A program made the position numbers and the translations under genes. Of a DNA stretch of 64,000 nucleotides, positions 11,930-24,322 are shown piece after piece. The stretch comes from Tubiluchus corallicola. Lineage: Eukaryota; Animalia; Priapulida. Numbering within the stretch: position 1 is the stretch's first letter; every line of letters begins with the position of its first letter. The DNA lies in the NCBI GenBank assembly GCA_030141605.1, contig JAQGDQ010000072.1, positions 434,001-498,000 on the forward strand. The letters run 5' to 3'. Under the pieces are notes generated by a model. It was not told where the DNA came from. It saw nothing but the letters and a program-made list of their open reading frames with translations, and did no database searches.

Positions 11930-12135
11930 GAAATTGAATTTGATTATTCAATTAGAAGTTAGAACATTTTCAGCCTTAATTGAAACCATATTTCTGTACA
12001 ACCTTGAGATCTGGACGTTAAAAATAAATCAAAAAGCTGAAATCGATGCGTTTCAAAGGCGTTTGATTACAGAAGCATTATGGGTATAAGATGGCCAAAG
12101 AAAATCTCAATGAAGATCTGTATGAAAAGATATCC
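11930..12135 (+). mobile_element. RTE-like LINE ORF2 C-terminal fragment
   Basis: Translates (frameshifted) to FSALIETIFLYNLEIWTL..IDAFQRR..IRWPKKI.NEDLY, homologous to 55770-55945. Confidence 0.75.
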
Positions 12136-12174
12136 ATCTTGACCAAAATCTGGCCATTCCATCTGTACCACGAA

Positions 12175-13200
12175 TTCAAGATTTTTTTCACAAATCGCTC
12201 GCAATATGTAATAATCGACACTAGTAAGTTGTCAGATGTTGCTGTAAAGAGTGGTGTGCCACAAGGCAGCGTGCTTGGACTTATTATTTCTTATCTACGA
12301 AGATGACTTACCAGATAAGTTAACATCAAAAGTCAAAATGTTTGCCGACGACATAAAGATATACGAAAGTATAAAGTCAGTTTATGATCGTATGTCACTG
12401 CAGTATGATATAATCAGTCATTCATGCATGATCCAGAGAATGGCAAATGCCATTTAATGCAGATAAATGCAAAACTCTCCTTCTAGGAAACAACCATGAC
12501 GAGATAATCTACATCAACTGATATGTCAGGCGGACAGAGAGTTATAATGCAGATTGAGTGTCAAAAGCATCTTTGGGTATAGTATTATGTTAATAACAAG
12601 TTGTGATTTAACCAACATATTGACGAAGTCACCAAGAAACCAAGAAAGATGCTCTGGTCAATTAGAAGAAGTTTCAGTTACTAGATATTCCAATGTTTCT
12701 GATTCTATACAAAGCATTTAATTGTCCTTCCTGTTCTTGACTACAGAGATGTCATATCGAATCCATTTAGATTGAATGCAATAAGGAAAGTGGAATCTGT
12801 TCTACGTGAAGCAACATAATTAGTTCCTGCCATGAGACATCTGACGTATTCAGAATGGATGGAGAATTTGAAACTTCCTTCATTGAACGTCTGACAAAAT
12901 CCAGAACAATCTGACCAAACCACAGCCTGGTCGTTATTTTGCTAATAATCTACGAGGTACTGGATATAAAGTTATTAAGCCCAGATGCAGAAACAGGAAT
13001 AGGTTTATGTTTAAGACTGTCACTGATTACGATCAGTAATTCGTTAAAATTAACACTACGATATGGTGTGCCACTTGTGCTCACACTTTAAGTCACAATT
13101 GGATAGGTATTGGAAAAACCATTCTGAAATGTATCACAACCCATTTCAGCCTGAATAGACTTTATCAGCAGAGAACTAAAAACTTCCACCTGACTATACA
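12175..13200 (+). mobile_element. Degenerate CR1-like LINE reverse transcriptase fragment, 5'-truncated
   Basis: NRSQYV, SGVPQGSVLG, LFLIY.DDLP and MFADDIKIY motifs with frameshifts and stops. Confidence 0.88.
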
Positions 13201-13979
13201 CCACAATGGCATAGCATTAACAGTTACAGTGTTTAACCGGATCCACAATGTTATGTATACAATTAAGTTGCAACCATAGACAAAAAAATATTAGCTTCGC
13301 CCTGGTCACAGAAGGTAATCAAAGGTAAGATGAAAGAATAATAAAAAACTAACTATAACCCTAATTCTAACCAGGAGCTAACGTTAACCATAACCCTGAC
13401 ATGAGTATTTTTGATTACTTGCCTTCTTTTCTAGTCAAAATTGTGATTTTTTTTCCTGTGACTTTTTTGTGATCTTTTTCCCTGTGACTTTATTACCGGT
13501 CATCGGGTAGACTACAAACATCGTTTTTGCCAACCACAAAGAGTCGCCTGATACCAGATATATATCCTGAGCAGTAGGAAAAATTAAAACAGAGGCAGAA
13601 AAAACAAAATGATGGCAATTTTGCACATTCACTCAGATCAGATCAGTTTGCAGTCAGATCATGAATGATTTGAATGATCAGCGGAAGCTTGCCGTAGTAT
13701 CACCAACAAGTGAAAATTAGTCCTAGTTATGATGATACATGGCCAAATACCTGAAGGTAGCGTTTCCAAGTATAACCGAAAACTGAGAGTCAAGATCAAT
13801 GTCGCACATAAAGGAAAACTCGATTAGCAACAAAGCATAAGATTTCATGTGGCGTGGAAGTAATATACAGGTGTCTGGTGAGAAGGTGGACATGACAATA
13901 AATAAATCATGACATGATAAATAATGGATGTAAGTCATGACATAATAAATAATCATGTGTCAGTATCAGGAAACCCTGT

Positions 13980-14400
13980 GCCAGCAACTTATGTGGCCAC
14001 TTCTAAGAAACATAATGACACACTAGAACTCACTAACTTCTGGAGGTATTAGAGGCTGCAATTAGAGGTGAGATTGGGAAATTAAACATGGTGTGAGTGC
14101 AGGCTAAAAACATGGTTAGATTTACAAACAGGTTAGGTGAGGTGGCACCCTCTTGGTAAAAACAGCTGAATGTGCTAGTGCTCTGAAGTGATCTCTAGAA
14201 GTGATATTCCTGATATCTGGTAGAAGTTTGTTCCACAAGTGTATTGCTGTGAGTATAATTAAATATTGATTCTTGCTGCTGGTTGAACAAATTTGCTGTT
14301 ATCCTTGTATGATAGGGTCATATAAGTTGGTAAATTGATGCCTATCCTATGATAAGCTATATCATGAAAGATGCTTAGTATCGTTTGTCAGCGTCTTCCA
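13980..14400 (-). mobile_element. Old CR1/L2-type LINE 3' fragment
   Basis: Minus strand reads TAIHLWNKLLPDIRNITSRDHFR, the typical LWNxLP ORF2 tail; boundaries approximate. Confidence 0.55.
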
Positions 14401-14599
14401 AAACTAAAACTTCCGTTTGTTCGTTTTATTTGTTTTGCGTTACCAATTACTGTACTATTGAATCATTTAAACTTATTTGTGAGTATGTATATTTGTTTCT
14501 ATAAATAAAGCAGGCTATGCCTTAATATGGTGAATATGACGTAAAAGTGTATATTGTACTGACTTTCCAGACTGGAGGTTTACCAACAGAAATTACAAT

Positions 14600-14932
14600 T
14601 AGGGGTGAGCATTCTCTACCAGGAAGCGAATTCGAATCGAATCGAATTTGTGACTTTCGAATTTGAATTGAACAGAATTTCAGTATTTCGAATCCGAATT
14701 GAGTTAGAAAGATTTTCGAACAAATTTTCGAACCTCTAGTAAAAAGTGATCTTAGAAAGTTTATGCATATTACTTGGTTTTGTTCTGCAGTAAAACAAAT
14801 ATTAGTTTGTTACAAATTTTGCACAGAAACTGCAGTTAAACTGCGCTGGCTGAATGATGTTTCAAGTATCTAAAAAAAAACTAAAAAAAAAACTCGTTCG
14901 AATCGAATTCGAACATTCGATGCTCACCCCTA
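14600..14932. mobile_element. hAT-like MITE with TAGGGGTGAGCAT terminal inverted repeats and subterminal TTCGAA/ATCGAA repeats
   Basis: taggggtgagcat ... atgctcaccccta; flanking 8-mers match only 5/8. Confidence 0.8.
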
Positions 14933-15234
14933 ATCTTAATCCACAGTGCATCAATACATAGTACGAATTCAACCATATAAACGTACAAAAGCAATATGCA
15001 TACTAAATTAGAAATTTGAAAAAATTTGAACGAACTCTGATCAAGAGCTTTTCCAAAGCTTTATCTTAATTAATTAATGTACCTAGTCGGCATCAACACA
15101 ATGTAGCAAAGCAAATTTTAAACATTTTCAACAAGTTGTTGTACGTTTCAAACAAAAATAACTATATTTTTGCGTGTGCATTCCGAAAGGCGCAACACTA
15201 TTTTACATTGAAAAAGTAGAAAACATACTTTATA

Positions 15235-15240
15235 TTTATT
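15235..15240 (-). terminator. Candidate poly(A) signal for the SSH mRNA
   Basis: AATAAA on minus about 1.67 kb after the stop codon. Confidence 0.45.
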
Positions 15241-16902
15241 GCCTTATTTGTGTATCAAAAACCGTCAGTTAGTATAATTTTCATACCTGAAGCAGTAAGA
15301 TACGTCATATATAGCACTAGATTTAAGAAACATCAAAATATAATTATTCAAAATAGAAAATTTAGCATGTTGGAATATCTAAAATACATTTTTAATTGGG
15401 AAATGCATCTTTGTAATTATCAGCAGTTTACCTTTACTACGTTTCAACCTTTCAACTACTGTTGTCATTTCTCCAAAAAACAATTAAATGTTCCAAATTA
15501 CAATGTTGTATGGATTAAAAGCTTAGATACCTATCAAAAATCTGCAGAAATTAGAAAAATATTAAAGCTTTTGAATTGATGGAAAAAATAATAATAATGT
15601 TGCCTTGTTATGATAATTCATAATGATAATTATGAGTTAGATTTAGAATAAAAATGAACTAAATGCAGAGACACAGATTAAAACACGTTGATATACAGAC
15701 TGCTGTAAGTTGAATGTAAATGTATTCAGACAATCCTCAGAACAGGTAGGAAAAAATGAGAATTAATCAAAGTATTTTAGCCAACCTCCTTCCCAAAAAA
15801 GAACAACATTTTTATAATTTAAAGATTTACTTCCACACAGCATTGTAATTTAGAATATTTTAATTTTCCAGTATAAATGAGAATGTTAGTTGGACTATTG
15901 ATTGATTTTAAATAATGTTGTTTTATATACATCAAAAACCAACTAATAAGCGACAATGCCACAAAAATATGCTCGTATATACAAGACATTTATTTAAAAT
16001 AAGCCTAAAAATGCAAAATGCTTCCTGACAGTAGTCAATATTTACAGTGAATATGACAATACAAGTTAATGTTTTCAACAAATCTCTATTACAACAATAA
16101 ACTAAAAATAAACAAAAGTACACAAAACCAACTAAGTAGCCGTAAAGAGTTATCAAGCACAATAATTCATCTGGCTTAACAAATGTACAACATAAGAACT
16201 TAAACTGATAACTTAAATGCCAATCATTGTAATTGGGTAGTTTTGCAAAACTACTCATTAAACATTAACATTAAAGATTAACACCCATATTGGCATAGAA
16301 TTAGTAGACTGCCTGTTTGCAACAAACATTACACATTCGTGATGGCTGCAATAGGTTATGAGGTTTCACCATGATGCCACCATGCCTGTACTGCTATTTT
16401 GCTTTTTGCACACAGCAGGCAAAGTGATATCATCCACTGTCAGCTACTGAGTTGATCTTTAGTGTATAAAAATCTAACATCAAAAATATAATATAAAAAT
16501 ATAACAACTCGTTGATTAGCCTTCTTCCAATTGTTCAAAAAGGTTCAAATTGTCTTTTCAAACAAATACATTTCTGGTAATGACAGTTATAGTTAGAAGC
16601 ATTTTTGTCTTGGACATACTGTTATTACAAATCTTGATGGCAGTCTAGTAAATTAAACTATTATTAATAGAAAACACACTTGATATCAAAAAATGTGCAA
16701 AATGCATGTGTATTTTGTTCATGTGTAGTTTGGTTGAACTGTACAGGTACTGACTGAGTCTTTATCCGATTACAGTTAAATAGATACACATAGTTTAGGA
16801 ACAATATCTGTATCAATATGATAGAATGCAGAATAGAAATTTAACGGTCAGTTCATGTGTAGTGAAACATTAAGCAGTATTTAACTATGACAAACATAAA
16901 TA

Positions 16903-17624
16903 TCACATAGTGTTATAAAAGCCACATCGTTTTAATTTAGTCAGTGGATGCGTCTTTCCCTGCAGTTTAGTTACTCTCGCTGTTAGGCACTGATCATCGC
17001 CTGCAGCACGTGATGATTTGTCATTTGAATTACTTGCTTCAGAAGATCTCGTACAGCTGGAACCAATAGTCTTGCGGCGCTGCAGTGGCTTAGCATCAAA
17101 CCTAGCACAAAATTGTGACACTATGTTTGTTTTAAATTTTGCATCAAAGGGGTAGGTTTTACGCACTTTTGCAGTGGGACCACGCACAATCTTTGGTTCT
17201 CTATGCATCACTGAACATTTGTTACCATGTGCTCCTACTAGTTCACCTTGTGCTAAATCCTTATTATTGTTAGTGTTTGTACTATGACTTGTTTGTTTTT
17301 CCAATTTCTCATCCTTTGACGGCGATGATGTTAGAACGACTTTCTGCACATTATCAACTGATGACTCTGTATCTGTCTTATCACTTTTTATGTCAACAAA
17401 TATGCAACTGTTTTTAAAAACTTGTTTGTTCAATGAAAGTGTATCAGATGATGGTTCAGAAGAATCACATTGAGAGGTAGAAAGTTTCTTGGCAGCACAG
17501 TCATCAGGAAATGGCAGTTTTCTTGGTGTAGAAATTTCATTACCGAACTTGTCAAATATAACCATACGCTTGTGACTCACACCAGCTCTTTTTTCTATTT
17601 CTCTGGCAATTTTTCTCACATGGC
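16903..17624 (-). CDS. SSH: Slingshot phosphatase terminal exon (..GKTHPLTKLKRCGFYNTM*)
   Basis: Acceptor TTGCAG|, phase 1; C-terminus resembles the vertebrate SSH2 end (THPL..FYNTM, from recall). Confidence 0.9.
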
Positions 17625-17993
17625 CTGCAATAAAAAGAATATGAGACATCTCTGGCTAAGCAATAGCAGATATTATAATTATTATGATAAGTCTTTTATT
17701 CAAAACTATATTGTACAATTTATACACTTGCACAAACACAGGGATCAGGGATATACATACATAACACAAGCTGGAAAATTGACCTGGCCCTCTATTTGCA
17801 GGGTACTAATGTAGGGTACTAAATAGCAGATGCTAATGTACTTTGAAGCCTTTTAATAACGGTTTTATATAGATGTGCAACTAGTGTGGTATTTTCCATT
17901 TCTAGATTTTGTGTTTGCATTTTATGGAAATTATAAGGATAACTCTGTTGTTATGTGCCATAGAATTGAACTTATAGTTAACGATACAAATTG

Positions 17994-17995
<2 letters not shown>

Positions 17996-18028
<33 letters not shown>

Positions 18029-18047
18029 AACAACAACAACAATAATA
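17996..18047. repeat. (AAT)n/(AAC)n microsatellite
   Basis: Directly visible. Confidence 0.9.
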
Positions 18048-18385
18048 AATCACCTAACTATTTAACTTAAATACAAATATGTTTGCATATTTCATGGCCT
18101 ACTTAAATAATTGTAAAATGTTTCGAATGAGGTCACCATTCATTTTCAGTCGTAGCCTGAAAGACAACTCACTAATTTAAAGCTGAATTAAAAAGTAATA
18201 GATTACTGAAAAGTTATTCAACAAATCTGCCCTAAACCAGAAAATTCACTGTGAATGAATAATGACCGAATATGAAACATTAAATAGGTATCGAAAGTAA
18301 AAGAATCAGTGTCATCAGTATTTTTAACTTTAAAGAGCTGTTCCTGGCAGGAGAACATCTCTTTGAAGTTAAAAATGACAATTAC

Positions 18386-18548
18386 CAATTCCTGCAATAT
18401 GTTCCTTCTCTTCTGATTCTGAACCAGCAGTATTCCCGACTAGACTTCGCCCAACCTCACGTATCAATCGAAGCATGTCTTTGTCCATCCTGTTTTCAGA
18501 TTGGCTAGCCCGTGGCAGTAGCAAGTCCTTGTTTAAACTTTCTAGCAC
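18386..18548 (-). CDS. SSH: Slingshot exon (VLESLNKDLLLPRASQ..EHIAGI)
   Basis: TTTTAG| acceptor, G|GTAATT donor, phase 0-1, open frame. Confidence 0.85.
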
Positions 18549-18870
18549 CTAAAAGGGGTGCACATTTGTATGTTTTAAATAACAACACAGCTTTGATGAA
18601 ATGAACATCAGATAATTACATTCAAACAAAAATTTTTGAAAAAAACAACACTGCCACATTAAAGATAAAGTTTACTGTGAAAAACTGCAAACTAGAGATA
18701 TATTTTCACATTCTAATTGTGCTAGACGTGGACTAGAATCGTTAATCAAACTGAGAAATTATAATTCCTGAAGTCAAAGATGTTATTAAAAGTGAATGAC
18801 CTTAATAAGGCGCTATAAACTCAAAAACCAGGTAGCATTTTAGAATTAACAAAAGTGAATGTGTACTGAC

Positions 18871-19196
18871 CTCTTTCTGTTGACGAACAGTACCCATGCT
18901 AATTGATACTGAATCTTTCTGGCCAGTTGGTCCCTCCTGATTGAGTTCTAAATGAGTGGGTTTTGATGGACCAGCAAGTAAATTGGCATCATTAACCACC
19001 AAGGATGGGCAATTATGTTGAGCTGACACATGTTGACTAGAAGAAGCACCTGAATCACAGCTATTGCATTTCATGTTTTTTGATTCAATCTCTGGAGGAA
19101 GCAGCACATCCGCAGACTCAAGACCTTTGCTCGACAACAACGTAGCGCCATTTTTAATCATTCCTGTTGAACTATTTTTAGCTTTAGTCTCATAAT
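18871..19196 (-). CDS. SSH: Slingshot exon (DYETKAKNSSTGMIK..GTVRQQKE)
   Basis: Phase 1-0, GAG|GTCAGT donor, open frame. Confidence 0.87.
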
Positions 19197-19333
19197 CTAA
19201 AAAAAGAAAGATGGTCAGACCTAGAATTATAACTCAGGAATATCTGACAGTGTAATTTATCATAGATTTAGTACGTGAAACAGTAATGTAAAATTTCTGC
19301 AACAAATCTGGAAAAGTGAAAAAACAAACTTAC

Positions 19334-21025
19334 CTAAGGCATGTTGCTTCACTCGCCCAAAAGCTGTTGTTAAATCCTCACCACCCATTGTAAAACAAGG
19401 CATTTGATCCTTTCCTTCTTCAGCTTCTTCAAATATTTCAACAGCAGTGTTACCTGCTTTTAAAGAAGGCTTGATACACCATCCTATTTTTAAGCTCTGT
19501 GTACGCCTGACTGTGGCAGAAACATTAGTTACATGATTGACTGGCACATCTTCAAAAGAATTTGCTCGTTTTAAGCAGTGATTACTTTGTTCACTTAGTT
19601 GTTCACTTTCCAGCTTTGTTTTCTCTTCATAATCCATTTTTTGTCGTTTTACTATGCCTGGACTCCAGGGTATTTGATCATGTTTTATGTGGTCTAGCTG
19701 ACGGTTTGCAACGGAGGGAAATGAGGCCGCTACTTGAGAAACAACTGATGGTGTCGTATTTGTAGACGAAGGTGAAGTATCTTCTTGGTCTTGCAAAGTT
19801 AATTGCATTGTGGTATTCTGCATGGGAAGCTGCTGGGAATCGACTTGCTCTGGTGAAGAAGGTACACATTTTTCTGTTACAGCCAATTCAGATGTTGGCA
19901 AACTTTCCGATGCCAACAACTTGTCATGATATGACTGATTATTATCTTTAGAAGGTGGTTCTAACTTTAACAGTTGAACATTTGTCCGAGAAATTTTCCT
20001 TCGAAATGGAGGACCAATATCTAGATTTTCAGTAGTATCTAAATTAGTTGGAGATTTGGCAACACTTTCTACGAATTTCTTAACCACAGATTTTTCATTT
20101 GAAGTTTCGAGCCTTTGTTCACTTTTCAGTTTAGTAGATGAACATAGGCATTCTTTTGGAATATCTTTTTCTTCCAAGTGTTTTGAAGGAAAATCGTTGC
20201 TAATTTGCTCTTGATTGTCAAGAACATCTTCACCCATTGACAATGATTCGCCATCAAACAAATTAGATGATACTGTAAAGATTTCACTTGACTTACAATC
20301 AGTTTCTTCAGTTCTACCTTTAAGCACATCACTTTCAGGTTCAGACAACTTGTCTTCTTTTGTTACCCAAGCTCCATCAGGTTCGGAAAGGCACTTAAGC
20401 ATTTGTTGGGGCTTTGGCATATATACCTGCATATCCTGATCTGGAAGCGAGTTATTAAGCTGTTCTGACACTAGGTTTGTATCAAGTGAACAAGTGTCTA
20501 ATTGATCTGCAATGAACTGATCTCTGTCTGCCTTACCAAGACATGTATTGGCTTCATAAGGAAGTGGAAAGTCAATGAAACGCTTCGCTCGTCCCAAGTC
20601 TAAAGATCTGGACAGTTTGTGTTCAGCTTCTTGAAATCGCTGTGTCTCAAACTCTTGCACAATATCCCTAACAGAAGCCACACGAGGAATGTCAGCCAAT
20701 TCTGATAGTTCTTTCTTACCAATTGGTTGAAATTCGTCTTCTTCGAATGTGTCTGTACATGATTCTTTTTCAGTTACACCACTAATGATTAATAGTGGTG
20801 TAGGCGGTGTTCCTGACGAGGGCGACCTGACTAGCACAGGACCAGGAGGAGAAGACCCTAACCGGGTGCTGATACCTGGTATAAACTGGAATGGCACTTC
20901 ACTTTCAGGAGGTGGTGTCAAAAAGCTAAATGAACTGGAATCCACCCGTGAGGTGCTACAAGATCTGTCCCTGCCTGAAGGTATGGGTATGATAGGAGGT
21001 TCTTCATTTAAAGAAGCGACATATT
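19334..21025 (-). CDS. SSH: Slingshot large (1692 nt) exon encoding the Ser/Pro/acidic disordered tail
   Basis: Within ORF 19260-21059; TTTTGCAG| acceptor and G|GTAAGT donor, phase 1-1. Confidence 0.92.
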
Positions 21026-21276
21026 CTGCAAAATTACAACATAACTTTAGTCTAGACAAAACATATTAAGTTCTAAAGATAAAAACTAGAGGAAAAACCA
21101 TTTTATTTAGGTTTGCAAAAATGAGCCATGATAGCAACTTTTCTGTAAAAGATGAAACAGAAGCACAAAAGAATAAATACATTGAACATTTATAAGCCAT
21201 TTAAATCATATACATTTCTATTAATATAGACAAAGAGAGAACTGCTAATTTTTAGTTTTTGCTATGTTCGGCTTAA

Positions 21277-21890
21277 AGCAAAACCGGGCCCAATCTTAAA
21301 CTGTAGGTCACCAACAATCTGCTCTAAAATATTGAAAGGAAACACTATTTTTTCAAAAATGGCTTCCACTGAAAGAATTATTATCACACGAACACAATTT
21401 CGTATTTACGCCACTAGTTCTTCGCCATTACGCATTTTGCCATTTGCTAGTTAGATGGGCACTAGCATCTGCATTTCAGAAACACATTGCACAAAAAACA
21501 GGTGCTGTACCTCTCCGTTCAGATGTGTTAGCTTATGACGAACTACACACGTTCGACAGCTCATGCGTGAGCACAGCGGTATATTTGAAATTTGAATTTT
21601 TATCTTAAAACTTGCCTAGTTTTAGTACAACACACTGAATCTCTTACAGTAGCACTGTACATAAATTTCCACTTCGCAAACATGTGCAACACGCTTGTGG
21701 AATATTTTTGCTGTTGAAAATTACGTTAGTTTGTTATGTCATCAATAGTTGGACTCGCCCGTCATTAATTAAGATCTTAATCTATTATTTAACTATCAGA
21801 AACGCTTTTGCAGTATTAATTGTGTTAAAATGTGTACTTTTTATCGGACTTGGAAAAGGGGTAATGTATGAAAAATCGTCCTGTCTTCCT
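21277..21890. mobile_element. Possible Kolobok-like non-autonomous element
   Basis: Flanked by TTAA on both sides; imperfect TIRs agcaaaaccgg / cctgtcttcct (8/11 match). Confidence 0.4.
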
Positions 21891-22276
21891 TTAATTGAGC
21901 AACGTAAAATGCTGCTGCTTGAGCAACGTGAACTGCTGCTGCCTGCTGTCAGCTTGCTAACAAAGTCTGCTAACTCACGTTATGACAGAAGTCGATCAGG
22001 TAACCCATTGGCAATTTTAAGGTAATTATAGATGTTACCGAAATGCAGATTGTTTATAACACAAAAATATTAATAGCAGCGTTTGTACTACATATATTAT
22101 GCCAAGGTATCAGATGTAATGCTATAAAATTTAACTGAAATTTCTCAACATCTGTGTGTTATTATTCGTGCTTCTGGTGTTAAATTACGAGTACGGAGTT
22201 CAAGTCCTGCAAATATATTGCTCAAATGTTAAATCTTAGTTTTTGTCAAGTTATAAGTAAAGAGCATGAAGCTTAC

Positions 22277-22503
22277 CTTTTGACAATTGTTCTTCGAGAT
22301 ATTTCGTCATTGAGTCACTGGGTGACCACGATTTTGGGCGACTGACATCTTCAAACGTAGCTGGAGATATCACGCTAAGAAAATCCTTCTCTGAAGGGGC
22401 AATGTTTGTCGATTCAGAGCGTTCTCGGGAACCATTTGATTTATCAGGTGTTGCTAGATCCATATCAGATTTAGAGCGCCATAAGCTATTGTTTCGATGC
22501 TTA
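22277..22503 (-). CDS. SSH: Slingshot exon (SKHRNNSLWRSKSD..RPKSWSP..)
   Basis: Conserved post-catalytic LWRSxS motif; phase 2-1. Confidence 0.93.
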
Positions 22504-22818
22504 CTGCAATAATAAACACAGATACAAATCATTGTCAAACTACGTAAAACCAGTAATTCTGCAGTATCTAGCTGCATATTTTAAATATTGACTGGAAATC
22601 ATCAGGAAGAACTTGTGTTTAACATTGGGAGGGTGACAATGCTGACGAGTACAGTAGCAGCCAGCAGTTTTCTTTTATAAATAAGCCAAATTACTTTTTG
22701 GACTTTAACATTTTCAAAAAATTATAAATTTTAACATAAAATTTAAGAATAACAACTTGGGTGAATACCTCTTTAAACATATGAATGGACTTTTAGCAGA
22801 CATGTATATAATCCATAC

Positions 22819-23019
22819 CTGGCATCTAATATTCCCTGATATTCTTCTAACTGCCTCATAAAAGCAGGATTTGGTTTTATGCAAGATCTTTTAGATTTGA
22901 CGTAGTTGATAGCTTTCTCCAAAGACCAGCCTCTTGTTTTCATGATATGAGCAATGACACATGATGCGGACCGGCTTACACCCATTTTACAGTGGACAAG
23001 CACCTTAGCACCCTTTTCT
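22819..23019 (-). CDS. SSH: Slingshot catalytic exon with HCKMGVSRS active-site loop
   Basis: VLVHCKMGVSRSAS is the SSH-specific HCx5R motif; phase 2-2. Confidence 0.97.
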
Positions 23020-23509
23020 CTGTTAACAGCAGAAGTCACAGGTTAATCCAAATCCAAATCACAAAATATACATTGCAAAATGAACAAAGCATAGTCAAAG
23101 CAGTTTTAATACTTATTAGCACTGTGTTTATTAATGCTTGTATAAAAATCAGTGTACTGTGATTTGTTTATTAATTCTTTCCTATCACAGATGATTAAAT
23201 GTAATGTTGTGTAATCTTAAATATAAATAAAGTATGGGCACTGTCTGAATGCCTAGTTAGATACCATGGTGGTTCAGCAGAAAACAAAAATACATTATGG
23301 GAAGCATTTGATTATTAAGGCTAATCAAATCTTGTGTAACAAAAGCAATTAGGGGGTTCAGACAACACTAAACTGAAATTAAAGGACAATGATGATGCAA
23401 TAAAACTACATACCAGTACATGATACGAAATTTTACGTACTAATACAGTTATAGAATTATGAGGAAAGCTATATATATATATGAAAAAAGGCATTATAAA
23501 AAATCTTAC

Positions 23510-23662
23510 TTGGCTTCTGCAATAAAGCTATGAGCTTCATTAAAGTGATGTAACAACTCAGTTTCCTCTTCATCATAAACTCGAATATTCTTGTATTCAA
23601 AGCCCAGTCCGATGTTAAAAAAGTTATCTATTTCTTTGGTGACATTGAGTATGTGACTGATA
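23510..23662 (-). CDS. SSH: Slingshot DSP exon (ISHILNVTKEIDNFF..NIRVYDEEETELL..)
   Basis: ILNVTxEIDNFF and IRVYDEE motifs; phase 2-2. Confidence 0.96.
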
Positions 23663-23868
23663 CTGAAAGAAAACAATCAGTCTGCAAAAAATTTGAATTC
23701 AATTTTTAAACAATAAAAAATGTACAAAATTGCAATGGTTAGACTTGGTGGTAAAATACAGATTACTCTAATAGCAGTGGATTGTTTGCAGGCAACAAGA
23801 ATATTGTCCTAACACCGAGCATATACTCCATACAGTAAATCCTCTTTATTTTTCATTTCCACACTCAC

Positions 23869-24044
23869 TCATTAGCTTTCAGCTCTTCATAGTTTGAAGC
23901 ATTCCACTCTGAGCCAAGGTAAAGATAATCAAATATTTCTGTAGGTGCCTCCATTTGCCTAAGTATGACTATCATTTCTTCATCTATGTAACTTTTATAG
24001 TCACTTAGATTCATCTTCATGGCCTTCTCCAGCTCTGTGCGCAG
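23869..24044 (-). CDS. SSH: Slingshot exon, DEK-C end / DSP start (..IDEEMIVILRQMEAPTEIFDYLYLGSEWNASN..)
   Basis: YLGSEWNASN motif; phase 0-2. Confidence 0.96.
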
Positions 24045-24322
24045 CTAAAAAGAGAGAAAAGCTCTTCGTAAGTTACTGGATGATAGATCAAGATAAGAAA
24101 CTTTTAGAAGATATAGGATTTATTATTGTTAAGGCAGGTAAGTAATTTTATTAAATTTTTGCTATGGTTACTTTAAAACACAGCATGTTTTAATCTACTC
24201 ACTATTTCGATAAACCTTACAATTAATTAAAACTAAATGAAAGCAAATTTAACTGATATTTTTCCATCACATCCATACTAAATTATCTACATGAAAGCAC
24301 TAATAATATAAAACTTTAATAT

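Noticed and set aside
20215-21069. Plus-strand ORFs overlapping the large SSH exon
   Set aside because: Antisense shadows of a real coding exon; no independent features
21895-21942. Short tandem duplications (24 nt here; also near 30619-30663 and 53024-53075)
   Set aside because: Two-copy local duplications typical of replication slippage, with no further structure
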